Both the position numbers and the translations under genes were made by a program. The notes below the pieces were generated by a model. That model was not told the DNA's origin. It ran no database searches and worked only from the letters and a program-made list of their open reading frames with translations. A stretch of 32,000 nucleotides of DNA from an archaeon. Its GTDB lineage: Archaea; Iainarchaeota; Iainarchaeia; Iainarchaeales; CSSED10-239. Where the stretch lies: NCBI GenBank assembly GCA_035400625.1, contig DAOMZT010000004.1, positions 30,001 through 62,000 on the forward strand, written 5' to 3'. Numbering within the stretch: the stretch's first letter is position 1; the number at the start of each line of letters is the position of its first letter. Of this stretch, positions 17,875 to 25,984 are shown one piece after another.

Positions 17875-18756
17875 ATAATTGTTGCTTGCTCTGGAACTGA
17901 AAATATCGCAAAGGAAATTGCAAAAAATCTTAATCTTTCTTTTTCTAAACTTAAAACTACTAAATTCCCAGATGGTGAACTAAATGTTTCTTTTGGTAAG
18001 GACCTTAAAGGAGAAAATGTTTTTATTGTACAAAATTTCCAGAATACAAAAGAAATTAATCTAAATGACAAGATAATGGAAACTCTTTTTGCTATCTATA
18101 CAGCAAGAGATCTAAAGGCAAAGAAAGTATATCTAATAGCAACATATTTCCCTTATTTTAGAGGAGATGCAAGGTTTGAAGAAGGCGGTTGTATCTCAAT
18201 CAAAGTTATGAATAAACTTTTTGAGGGCTGTGACAAGATATTCTGTGTTGACCCACACCTTCATAGAATCAAAAATATAAAAAATGCATTATCTAATGGA
18301 ATAGAAATCAATCTTGATGAGCCAATAATTGAATATTTAAAGAAAAAAAAAGTTGTTAATCCGCTTTTTGTAGGGCCAGATATTGAAAGCATACAATGGA
18401 TTGTTAATGTGGCCAAGGCATTTAATCAAAAACCAGTGGTTGCTCTAAAAGAAAGAATAAATGCAAGAGAAGTTATAATCTCATTACCAAAGATAAAAAC
18501 AGCAAAAGGCAGAGACATAGTTATTATTGATGATATAATAAGTACAGGCCGTACCATTATTGAAAACATTAAACAACTTAAGAAATATGAACCACGAAAA
18601 TTCTATGTTGTTGGAATACATGGGCTTTTTACAGAAAATGCCTTGCCAAAATTAAAGAAATATGCAACAATTATTTCAACAAACACTCTTAATAACGATG
18701 CAGAAAAGATTAATGTTTCTTCTCAGATTGCAAAAATAGTAAGGAAAAACATATGA
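17875..18756 (+). CDS. prs: Ribose-phosphate pyrophosphokinase (PRPP synthase), archaeal short type. The start codon is non-canonical (ATA 17875 or ATT 17878).
   Basis: The ORF track lists only 18076..18756. The same frame is open back to TAG at 17860-17862. It encodes the missing N-terminal domain: (I)IVACSGTENIAKEIAKNLNLSFSKLKTTKFPDGELNVSFGKDLKGENVFIVQNFQNTKEINLNDKIMETLFAIYTARDL. C-terminal motifs: VGPDIES and IVIIDDIISTGRT (PRPP-binding loop). Confidence 0.85.
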   Translation: MIVACSGTENIAKEIAKNLNLSFSKLKTTKFPDGELNVSFGKDLKGENVFIVQNFQNTKEINLNDKIMETLFAIYTARDLKAKKVYLIATYFPYFRGDARFEEGGCISIKVMNKLFEGCDKIFCVDPHLHRIKNIKNALSNGIEINLDEPIIEYLKKKKVVNPLFVGPDIESIQWIVNVAKAFNQKPVVALKERINAREVIISLPKIKTAKGRDIVIIDDIISTGRTIIENIKQLKKYEPRKFYVVGIHGLFTENALPKLKKYATIISTNTLNNDAEKINVSSQIAKIVRKNI

Positions 18757-19196
18757 GCGAAAAATACTTTTTAGCAAGCGATCATGCAGGCTTTGAGCTT
18801 AAGGAAAAGATCAAAAAGTATTTGACAACATCAAAACTTGATTTTCAAGACTTAGGCCCAAAAACCTACAATCCAGAAGATGACTATAACGACTATGCAA
18901 AAAAAGTTGTTAAAAAAGTTAAAAATAACAAAAAACATTTTGGAATACTTGTTTGCGGGACTGGACAAGGAATGTCAATACAGGCAAACAGATATTCTGT
19001 TGTAAGATGCGCACTTTGCTGGAATAGAGAAATAGCAAGACAAGCAAAAGAACATCTAAACGCAAACATCATTTCTATGCCTGGAAAATACATAGATATA
19101 AAGACAGCAAAAGAAATAATTGATGTTTGGCGAAAAACAAAAACTTTAACATTAGAGAAACACAAAAGAAGAATAAACAAATTGGAGATATTATGA
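18753..19196 (+). CDS. rpiB: Ribose-5-phosphate isomerase B (RpiB/LacA/LacB family)
   Basis: LASDHAGFELKEKI and ILVCGTGQGMSIQANR motifs. ATGA start/stop overlap with prs at 18753-18756. Confidence 0.88.
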   Translation: MSEKYFLASDHAGFELKEKIKKYLTTSKLDFQDLGPKTYNPEDDYNDYAKKVVKKVKNNKKHFGILVCGTGQGMSIQANRYSVVRCALCWNREIARQAKEHLNANIISMPGKYIDIKTAKEIIDVWRKTKTLTLEKHKRRINKLEIL

Positions 19197-19825
19197 AACT
19201 ACAATTGGCACTTGATGTCACTGATAAGAAAAAAGCAATAGAGCTTTGTAAAAAGGTTAGTAAATATATAGATGTTATTGAACTTGGAACACCGTTTATC
19301 AAGATCTACGGACTAAATGGCTTAGTCAAAGATTTTAAGAAACTTAAAAAACCAGTTTTAACTGACCTAAAAACTATGGATACTGGTTATTTTGAAGCAG
19401 AGCTTGCATTTAAGGCAGGTGCTGATTACTCAACAGTTTGTGCTTCTGCATATATTGAAACAATAAAAGGCACAATAAAAGCAGCAAAGGACTACAAAAA
19501 AAAATCCCTTGTTGACTTGATTGGAACAAAAGACCCTATTAAGTCTGCAAAGGAAATTCTTAAGTATAAGCCAGACTACATTGGCATACACTCTGGAATT
19601 GATATGCAACAAAAGGGCATAAAGCCTCTTAAGACCTTAATAAATCTTTCAAAGATAATGGATAGTAAGAAAATCGCAATTGCAGGTGGTATCAATCTTG
19701 AAACTATAGAAGAAATTGCAAAATATAAGCCAGGAATTATAATTGTTGGCGGAGCAATAACAAATGCTAAAGATCCTGTTGCTGTTGCTAAGAAAATGAA
19801 AGAAATAATGGAAAAATATGAGTAA
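19193..19825 (+). CDS. hps: 3-hexulose-6-phosphate synthase (OMP-decarboxylase superfamily)
   Basis: ATG at 19193 gives MKLQLALDVTDKKKAIEL...DVIELGTPFIK...TDLKTMDTG...IAIAGGINLETI...IIVGGAITNAKDP, the HPS pattern. ATGA overlap with the rpiB stop at 19193-19196. The track's 19127 start is an in-frame run-in through rpiB. Confidence 0.85.
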   Translation: MKLQLALDVTDKKKAIELCKKVSKYIDVIELGTPFIKIYGLNGLVKDFKKLKKPVLTDLKTMDTGYFEAELAFKAGADYSTVCASAYIETIKGTIKAAKDYKKKSLVDLIGTKDPIKSAKEILKYKPDYIGIHSGIDMQQKGIKPLKTLINLSKIMDSKKIAIAGGINLETIEEIAKYKPGIIIVGGAITNAKDPVAVAKKMKEIMEKYE

Positions 19826-20384
19826 AAATATAGATAATGTTCTTGAAAGAATAATAAAAGAAATAAAGTTTTCTTTAAAAGACATAAGTGAAATAAAAAC
19901 AAGCAGATTTCTAGATGAAATCTTAAAGTCAAAGAAGGTGTTTGTGACAGGGCAGGGCAGAAGTGGCCTAATAGCTGAAAGCTTTGCTATGAGGCTTATG
20001 CAAATGGGTATCAAAACCCACTATATAGGAGACAGCACAACTCCTGCCATCTCTAAAAATGATTTGCTTGTTGCAATATCTGGCTCTGGCAAAACAGAAA
20101 TAACAAAAATGATAATAAAGGGAGCAGACAAAGTAAATGCAAGGGTTGTTCTTATTACCAATAAAAAAACATCCAAAGAAAAAGCCAAGATAAAAAATAC
20201 AGACTTGATAATTGAGATCAATGCAAAAGCAAAAACTGACAAAAACAAGAAATCAATTGAGCCACTTGGAACGCTCTTTGAGCAAGCAAGCCTAGTATAT
20301 CTTGATGCTGTTATTGTCTTACTTATGAAAAAGCAGAATGTTAAAGAAACAGAGCTTGGAAAAAGACATGCAAACTTGGAATAA
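19818..20384 (+). CDS. phi: 6-phospho-3-hexuloisomerase (SIS domain)
   Basis: VFVTGQGRSGLIAESFAMRLMQMG...LLVAISGSGKTE...EPLGTLFEQ, a typical PHI/SIS pattern. 8-nt overlap with hps. Confidence 0.85.
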   Translation: MSKNIDNVLERIIKEIKFSLKDISEIKTSRFLDEILKSKKVFVTGQGRSGLIAESFAMRLMQMGIKTHYIGDSTTPAISKNDLLVAISGSGKTEITKMIIKGADKVNARVVLITNKKTSKEKAKIKNTDLIIEINAKAKTDKNKKSIEPLGTLFEQASLVYLDAVIVLLMKKQNVKETELGKRHANLE

Positions 20385-20450
20385 ACAATATTTTTATAAG
20401 GCTTTTGATTTACATAATAAGTATATTTTGGATTTGGGGAAACTAAATAA

Positions 20451-21686
20451 ATGAGAACTGTTATTAAAAAAGGCAATATACCTGTAAATAACGACATGCC
20501 TAACGAAATTCTTAATAAAGATACATATGTAAAAAATGTTCAAACCACAAGAACAAGAACACTAAGACAAACAAAAAATTCTAATTCTGAAATTCTTTTG
20601 CCAAAAAAAAAAATTATAAAAACAAAGATTATTAAAGACATTAAAACTAAACCAGAACCAAAAAAGATAATTAGAGATCCAGAACTTACTTTTAATAAAT
20701 CTGTAGATAACCCTATAATTTGCCCAATACCAGAAAATAACTGGGAATCCTGGCAAACATTCAATCCTGCAGCAATCTTGATTGATAATAAAGTTCATTT
20801 CTTGTATAGGGCCATAGGCGATGATGGGATGTCTAGGTTTGGATATGCTATGTCAGAAGACGGCTTTACAATTAAAGAAAGGCTTTCTTATCCTGCTTAT
20901 GAACATGAAATTGTTAAGGGTCCTTATACTCTTGTAAACTCACCATCTGGTGGAAGCTGGGGTGGCTGTGAAGACCCAAGGCTTGTTAGGGTTGATAATG
21001 AAGATAGGATCTATGTGACTTATACTGCTTGTGATGGTGGCTTAAGAGTTGGCTTAACCTCAATTAAAGTTTCTGATTTTGTAAACAAAAGATGGAAGTG
21101 GAAAAAACCAAAGATTATCTCCCCACCAGGAGAATGCCATAAAAACTGGTTAATCTTTCCAGAAAAAATAAATGGCAAATATGCAATATTACATAGCATT
21201 AATTCAGGCAAAATATTAATAGAGTATTTAGATGATCTTGAGTTTAAAGACGGGAAAGTCATAAATAGCAAATATCTTCTCACTGAGGTCAGAGTAGATC
21301 GCTGGGATAAAAAGGTCAGAGCTGGCGGGCCACCACCAATCAGAACAAAATATGGCTGGCTATTATTTTATCATGCAGAAGATAAAGACGATCCTGGCAA
21401 ATATAAGCTTGGAGCAATGATACTTGATATTAATGATCCTACAAAGATATTATATCGTTGCAAACAACCAGTGCTTGAACCTAAAGAATATTATGAATAT
21501 GAAGGGTTTAAGGGAGGGGTTGTTTATGCGCTTGGTTCTGTTATTAAAGATGGAAAGCTAATTATTTATTATGGTAGTGCAGATAACTATGTTTGTGTTG
21601 CCTACACAAAATTAGACTCTTTTTTAGAGGCCTTAATCAAAGGAAAGAAAAAGCCTCTTAAACTTAAACTTCTTATGAAAAAATAA
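20451..21686 (+). CDS. GH130-family glycoside phosphorylase/hydrolase (beta-mannoside-acting family) with a basic N-terminal extension of about 78 aa
   Basis: NPIICP...WESWQTFNPAAILIDNKVHFLYRAIG...GGCEDPRLV...YTA...LIFPEKINGKYAILH...GGPPPIRTKYGWLLFYHA...YKLGAMILDINDPTKIL...PVLEPKEYYEYEG...IYYGSADNYVCVA. This is the five-bladed propeller GH130 signature as I recall it. Confidence 0.85.
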   Translation: MRTVIKKGNIPVNNDMPNEILNKDTYVKNVQTTRTRTLRQTKNSNSEILLPKKKIIKTKIIKDIKTKPEPKKIIRDPELTFNKSVDNPIICPIPENNWESWQTFNPAAILIDNKVHFLYRAIGDDGMSRFGYAMSEDGFTIKERLSYPAYEHEIVKGPYTLVNSPSGGSWGGCEDPRLVRVDNEDRIYVTYTACDGGLRVGLTSIKVSDFVNKRWKWKKPKIISPPGECHKNWLIFPEKINGKYAILHSINSGKILIEYLDDLEFKDGKVINSKYLLTEVRVDRWDKKVRAGGPPPIRTKYGWLLFYHAEDKDDPGKYKLGAMILDINDPTKILYRCKQPVLEPKEYYEYEGFKGGVVYALGSVIKDGKLIIYYGSADNYVCVAYTKLDSFLEALIKGKKKPLKLKLLMKK

Positions 21687-21700
21687 CACAGTGAAAAAAT

Positions 21701-23605
21701 ATGATTGTTAAAAGATATGAGAAAAATCCAATTTTAAAACCAAATAAAAACACATGCTGGGAATCCCATTCAACCTTTAATGGTTGTGCTATAAAGAGAA
21801 AATATGAGATGTTTTTACTTTACAGGGCAATGTCATGTAATGATTTCCATCCTATTAACGAGCAAAAGATGGAGATGTCCTGTATTGGTATAGCAAGAAG
21901 CTTTGATGGCTTGCATTTCAAGAATAGAAAAATATTTATCTATCCTGAAGAAAGTTTTGATAAATTTGGTTGCGAGGATCCAAGAATCACAAAGCTTGGA
22001 GACAAATATTATATTTTCTATACAGCTCTTTCTGAATATCCATTTAAAGCAAGTGGAATAAAGGTTGCTGTTGCTATAACTAAAGATCTTGAAAAGATTG
22101 AAGAAAGGCATCTGGTTACGCCATTTAATGCTAAAGCAATGACTATGTTTCCAGAGAAAATAAATAACAAGATTTGGTGTTTGTTTACACACCATAGTGA
22201 TTCTCCACCATCAAAGATATGCTTTGCAGTATTTGATAAAGAGAAGGATATGTGGTCAAGAGATTACTGGAAAAATTGGTATAACAATCACGAGAAGTTT
22301 GTTTTGCCACTTAGAAGAAGAGACAAGGATCATGTAGAGATTGGTGCTCCACCAATCAAGACAAAGCACGGCTGGTTATTGTTTTATTCTTATATTTTTG
22401 ATTATTTTTCATCAGATAAAGTGTTTAGTATTGAGGCTGTTCTTTTAGACCTTAAAGACCCAACAAAGATTATTGCAAGAACCAAAGGACCACTTCTTAT
22501 TCCTGAAGAATATTATGAAAAATACGGAATGGTTAATAATATTGTTTTCCCATCAGGAGCAACAATTAATGGAAATTACATAAATCTTTATTATGGTGCT
22601 GCAGACACCACCTGCTGTGTTGCTTTTGTAGATAGCAAATGCTTGTTTGAACACATGCTTCCTAATCCTTTAGATAATCTTTCATTTAAAAGATCAGAAA
22701 AAAACCCAATAATCAAACCAAACAAAAAGAACAAATGGGAAGCTCGTTCAACTTTTAATCCTGCTGCAATATATCTTGATAACAAAGTGCATATTGTTTA
22801 TAGAGCAGTATCTGATGATAATGTTTCTACAATGGGCTATGCTACTTCAAAAGATGGAGTAACTATTGATTATAGAGCTAAAGAACCAATCTATAAGCCA
22901 AGAGAAGATTTTGAAATCTCTGGTTGTGAAGATCCAAGGCTAACACAGATTGGAAAGGACATCTATATGCTTTATACTGCTTATAATGTTAATACAGCAC
23001 CAAGAGTTGCTTTAACAAAAATATCTGTAAAGGACTTTATTGCAAACAACTGGGACAAATGGTCAAAACCAATATTAATATCTCCGCCAGGAATAAGCGA
23101 CAAAGATGCTTGTTTCTTCCCTGAAAAGATTAATGGCAAATATTATGTTTTACATAGGCTTGAAAACGAAATAGATCTTTGTGCAATTGATGATCTTGAG
23201 TTTAAAGGCAAGAACAGATACCTTGAAGAAAACAACTGGTTAGCACCAAGAAAGGGCTGGTGGGATCATATAAAGGTTGGGGCAGCAGCACCCCCAATTA
23301 AAACAAAAGAGGGCTGGATATTATTATATCACGGCATTTCTGAAGATCGTTCCTATAATGTAGGAGCAGTTTTACTTGATCTTAATGATCCTACAAAGAT
23401 ACTTGCAAGAAGTGATGAACCATTATTTAGGCCAGAAAAAGACTATGAAAAACATGGAGATGTTCCAAATGTTGTATTTCCTTGCGGAGCCATTGTAAAA
23501 GACAACAAATTATATATCTATTATGGTGGCGGGGACCTAGTTACTGGTGTTGCCACCATGGATATGGATTTATTACTTAAAAAATTAAAACTTTGCAGGT
23601 GTTAA
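21701..23605 (+). CDS. Tandem fusion of two complete GH130 modules in one polypeptide
   Basis: Module 1 (about 21701-22650): KNPILKPN..WESHSTFNGCAI..FGCEDPRITKLGDKYYIFYTA..GAPPIKTKHGWLLFY..VLLDLKDPTKII..LYYGAADTTCCVA. Module 2 (about 22679-23605): KNPIIKPN..WEARSTFNPAAI..SGCEDPRLTQ..YTA..AAPPIKTKEGWILLYHG..VLLDLNDPTKIL..IYYGGGDLVTGVA. Confidence 0.85.
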   Translation: MIVKRYEKNPILKPNKNTCWESHSTFNGCAIKRKYEMFLLYRAMSCNDFHPINEQKMEMSCIGIARSFDGLHFKNRKIFIYPEESFDKFGCEDPRITKLGDKYYIFYTALSEYPFKASGIKVAVAITKDLEKIEERHLVTPFNAKAMTMFPEKINNKIWCLFTHHSDSPPSKICFAVFDKEKDMWSRDYWKNWYNNHEKFVLPLRRRDKDHVEIGAPPIKTKHGWLLFYSYIFDYFSSDKVFSIEAVLLDLKDPTKIIARTKGPLLIPEEYYEKYGMVNNIVFPSGATINGNYINLYYGAADTTCCVAFVDSKCLFEHMLPNPLDNLSFKRSEKNPIIKPNKKNKWEARSTFNPAAIYLDNKVHIVYRAVSDDNVSTMGYATSKDGVTIDYRAKEPIYKPREDFEISGCEDPRLTQIGKDIYMLYTAYNVNTAPRVALTKISVKDFIANNWDKWSKPILISPPGISDKDACFFPEKINGKYYVLHRLENEIDLCAIDDLEFKGKNRYLEENNWLAPRKGWWDHIKVGAAAPPIKTKEGWILLYHGISEDRSYNVGAVLLDLNDPTKILARSDEPLFRPEKDYEKHGDVPNVVFPCGAIVKDNKLYIYYGGGDLVTGVATMDMDLLLKKLKLCRC

Positions 23606-23610
23606 ATTAC

Positions 23611-23943
23611 ATGATAGAAACAAAAAGGCCTTGGGGTAAATTTTTAACATTTGCAAAAAACAAAAAATGCACAGTTAAGATATTAGAGGTTAATCCTGGA
23701 GAATCCCTAAGCCTACAAAAGCACAAGCTTAGAGAAGAACATTGGTATTTTCTGGATTCTGGTTTTGCCCAAATTGGTAAAACAAAAAAAAAGATTGCAG
23801 CAGGCAAGAAGATAATAATTAAGAAAAACCAAGAGCATAGGCTTTTGGCCGGAAAGAACAAAACAAGAGTTCTAGAAATTTCTTTTGGACATTTTTCTGA
23901 AAAAGACGAGGTTAGGTTAGAAGATAAATATGCAAGAAAATAA
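23611..23943 (+). CDS. Stand-alone cupin, type II mannose-6-phosphate isomerase domain (equivalent to the ManC C-terminal domain)
   Basis: ATG at 23611 (the track start 23593 is TTG, inside the previous gene). RPWGKF...VKILEVNPGESLSLQKHKLREEHWYFL..G.A...HRL...EISFG....EKDEVRLEDKYAR closely follows the PMI/cupin_2 consensus RPWG..K.I.V.PG..LSLQ.H..R.EHW..V.G...E.Q.G.Y..EDDI.R.ED.YGR. Confidence 0.8.
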   Translation: MIETKRPWGKFLTFAKNKKCTVKILEVNPGESLSLQKHKLREEHWYFLDSGFAQIGKTKKKIAAGKKIIIKKNQEHRLLAGKNKTRVLEISFGHFSEKDEVRLEDKYARK

Positions 23944-25252
23944 GGCTTTTAAAACAAACGACATTAGAGGAATATACCCTATAGAAATAAACGATAACCT
24001 TGCTTATTTGGTTGGAAAAGCAATAGTCTATAAATACAAGCCAAAGAAACTTGTTATTGGCAGAGATGCCAGGGCATCTTCTCCTTTGCTTTTTTCTAGT
24101 ATTGTTAAAGGAATTCTTGAAAGTGGTTGTGAAATTATTGATATTGGCTTAACTAGCACGCCTTTATTCTATTATTCTGTTGGAGAAACAAAAGCAGACT
24201 TTGGAATAATGATAACTGCTTCGCACAACCCTGGAAAATATAATGGCTTTAAGCTTGTTAAAAAAGGGGTTATTCCAACAACTGCAAAAGAAATACAAGA
24301 GCTTAAAAAAATAGTATTTTCTAAAAAGAAAAACACAGTTTCTAAAGATGCAAAAATATCATTTCTAGATCTTTCTGAAAAATACGTAAATAGACATTTA
24401 AAAGAAAGCAAGATTAAAAAGAAAATAAAGGTTGTTGTTGATACTGGTAATGGTATGGCAGCCCCTTTTTTTAATAAAGTTTTTTCCAAATTGCCTGTTT
24501 CTGTAATTTACATTAACCAGAAAATAAACATGGTCTCTCCTAAACACGAGGCTAACCCATTAAGAGTAGAGACCTTAAAGGAACTACAAAAAGAAGTTAA
24601 GAAAAACAAAGCAACTCTTGGCATTGCTTTTGATGGAGATGGTGACAGGGTAGGGTTTGTTGATGAGAAAGGCGAGATCATACCTATGGATTTGATTACT
24701 GCTCTTGTTTCTAAAAAAATATTAAAGAAAAAACGCAAAGCAAAGATTATCTATGACCTTAGAAGCAGTAATGTTGTTAAAGAGACTATACTTAAAAATG
24801 GCGGAATTCCTATAGAATACAAGGTTGGCCATTCTCTTATCAAGACAAAGATGAGAGAGATCAACGCTACATTTGCTGGAGAAGTTAGTGGCCACTTTTA
24901 TTTTAAGGAGTTTAATTATTCAGAGGCTCCATTCTATGTATGCATTTTATTGTTAAATGAAATTAATAACAAAACAATTTCTGAAATTATTAGGCCATTA
25001 AGAAGATACTATAAAACACCAGAGCTTAATTACAAGATAAAAGATACAGAAAAGAAAATAAAAGAAATAAAAGAAAAATATAAATCTGGTAAAATTAGTA
25101 ATTTAGATGGCATAAAAGTAGTTTTCAAAGACTGGTGGTTTAATGTCAGAAGCAGTCACACAGAGCCACTTCTTCGCCTTAATCTAGAGGCAAACACCAA
25201 AGAGCTTATGCAAGAGAAACTAAAAGAAATAGAAGAAATAATTAAGAAATAA
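23930..25252 (+). CDS. manB: Phosphomannomutase / phosphoglucomutase (alpha-D-phosphohexomutase)
   Basis: Active-site loop ITASHNPGKYNGFK, metal loop GIAFDGDGDRVGFVDE, sugar loop GEVSGHFYF and phosphate loop RSSHTEPLLRL. 14-nt overlap with the cupin gene. Confidence 0.9.
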   Translation: MQENKAFKTNDIRGIYPIEINDNLAYLVGKAIVYKYKPKKLVIGRDARASSPLLFSSIVKGILESGCEIIDIGLTSTPLFYYSVGETKADFGIMITASHNPGKYNGFKLVKKGVIPTTAKEIQELKKIVFSKKKNTVSKDAKISFLDLSEKYVNRHLKESKIKKKIKVVVDTGNGMAAPFFNKVFSKLPVSVIYINQKINMVSPKHEANPLRVETLKELQKEVKKNKATLGIAFDGDGDRVGFVDEKGEIIPMDLITALVSKKILKKKRKAKIIYDLRSSNVVKETILKNGGIPIEYKVGHSLIKTKMREINATFAGEVSGHFYFKEFNYSEAPFYVCILLLNEINNKTISEIIRPLRRYYKTPELNYKIKDTEKKIKEIKEKYKSGKISNLDGIKVVFKDWWFNVRSSHTEPLLRLNLEANTKELMQEKLKEIEEIIKK

Positions 25253-25285
25253 GCTTTCTTACAAAACCAATTATAAGATTATTTA

Positions 25286-25984
25286 TCATCTTACTATTGG
25301 TCTTCTAATGGTATTAACCTTTCTATTAGTTGCTTTAGCTTTAGTACTAGCAAATCTTTTTCCCATTTCTTCTCTGCTTGCTTGTTTTTGTAATTCTTTC
25401 TTTTTAACTGCTTCTGTTTTTTTTGCAAAAGACACTTGTCCTTTTAAGAAAATTGCTCGATCTTTAAGTCTATTTAAGTTTTGAGCATATTCAAATACTA
25501 ATTTCTTATTTCCTTTACTAAACACAAGTCCAATATTTCCACTTGCATTTCCTGATTTGTTGCCAATAACTGTTGCTGAAGGGATAAATACTAATTTACC
25601 ACTTTTAATAATTGCCTTTCCTTGTAATTGAAAATTTTGATTGATTAACTTTTCTCCTGGTTTCCCTGAAAATGCGAGGGATGCAAAAATTGGTTTTCCA
25701 GAAACTGTGCCTAATGAAACTTCCCCTATTCCTGTATGACTTACTAATTTTCCTTTATTAAATGTTAAAGTACCGCCTGTTGTTACTCCTTTAATTTTTG
25801 TAGATGCTTCAATTGTTGAATTTCTTATTGGATCCATTATTGATATTTTTTGAAGTTCATAATTATTTATTTTTGTATTATAGCCTATACTTAAATTTAC
25901 TTTCTGTCCTCCTATTTCTGATAAACTTGCTGCCAAACTTAATTGTTCATATAATTTATCAGGAACAGATTTATTATTTATCAA
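25286..25984 (-). CDS. Hypothetical Gly/beta-strand-rich protein with a strongly basic C-terminal tail. It has no ATG start (TTG at 25984) and may be the downstream part of a frameshifted or fused gene.
   Basis: 232-aa ORF. Alternating-pattern strands (NLSIGYNTKI, GTLTFNKGKLVSHTGIGEVSLGTV, IFASLAFSG, NFQLQGKAIIKSGKLVFIPSATVIG, GNIGLVFSKGNKKLVFEYAQ). Tail: KKTEAVKKKELQKQASREEMGKRFASTKAKATNRKVNTIRRPIVR. I recognise no family. Confidence 0.5.
   Translation of the reverse strand: MINNKSVPDKLYEQLSLAASLSEIGGQKVNLSIGYNTKINNYELQKISIMDPIRNSTIEASTKIKGVTTGGTLTFNKGKLVSHTGIGEVSLGTVSGKPIFASLAFSGKPGEKLINQNFQLQGKAIIKSGKLVFIPSATVIGNKSGNASGNIGLVFSKGNKKLVFEYAQNLNRLKDRAIFLKGQVSFAKKTEAVKKKELQKQASREEMGKRFASTKAKATNRKVNTIRRPIVR

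Noticed and set aside
17850-18071. 73-aa minus-strand ORF from the track
   Set aside because: It lies antisense to the conserved, in-frame N-terminal domain of prs (17875-18075). It has no recognisable motifs, and its composition mirrors the sense strand.
19127-19192. Longer hps start at 19127 (MAKNKNFNIRETQ...) from the ORF track
   Set aside because: The extension lies wholly inside rpiB in another frame. HPS homologs begin at MKLQLALD, and ATG 19193 forms an ATGA overlap with the rpiB stop.
19075-20497. Minus-strand ORFs 19075-19302, 19430-19612, 19576-19932, 19649-20014 and 20021-20497, and minus-strand ORF 18893-19180
   Set aside because: All are antisense to the well-supported rpiB, hps and phi genes and encode hydrophobic low-complexity peptides. 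They are likely artefacts of AT-rich codon bias.
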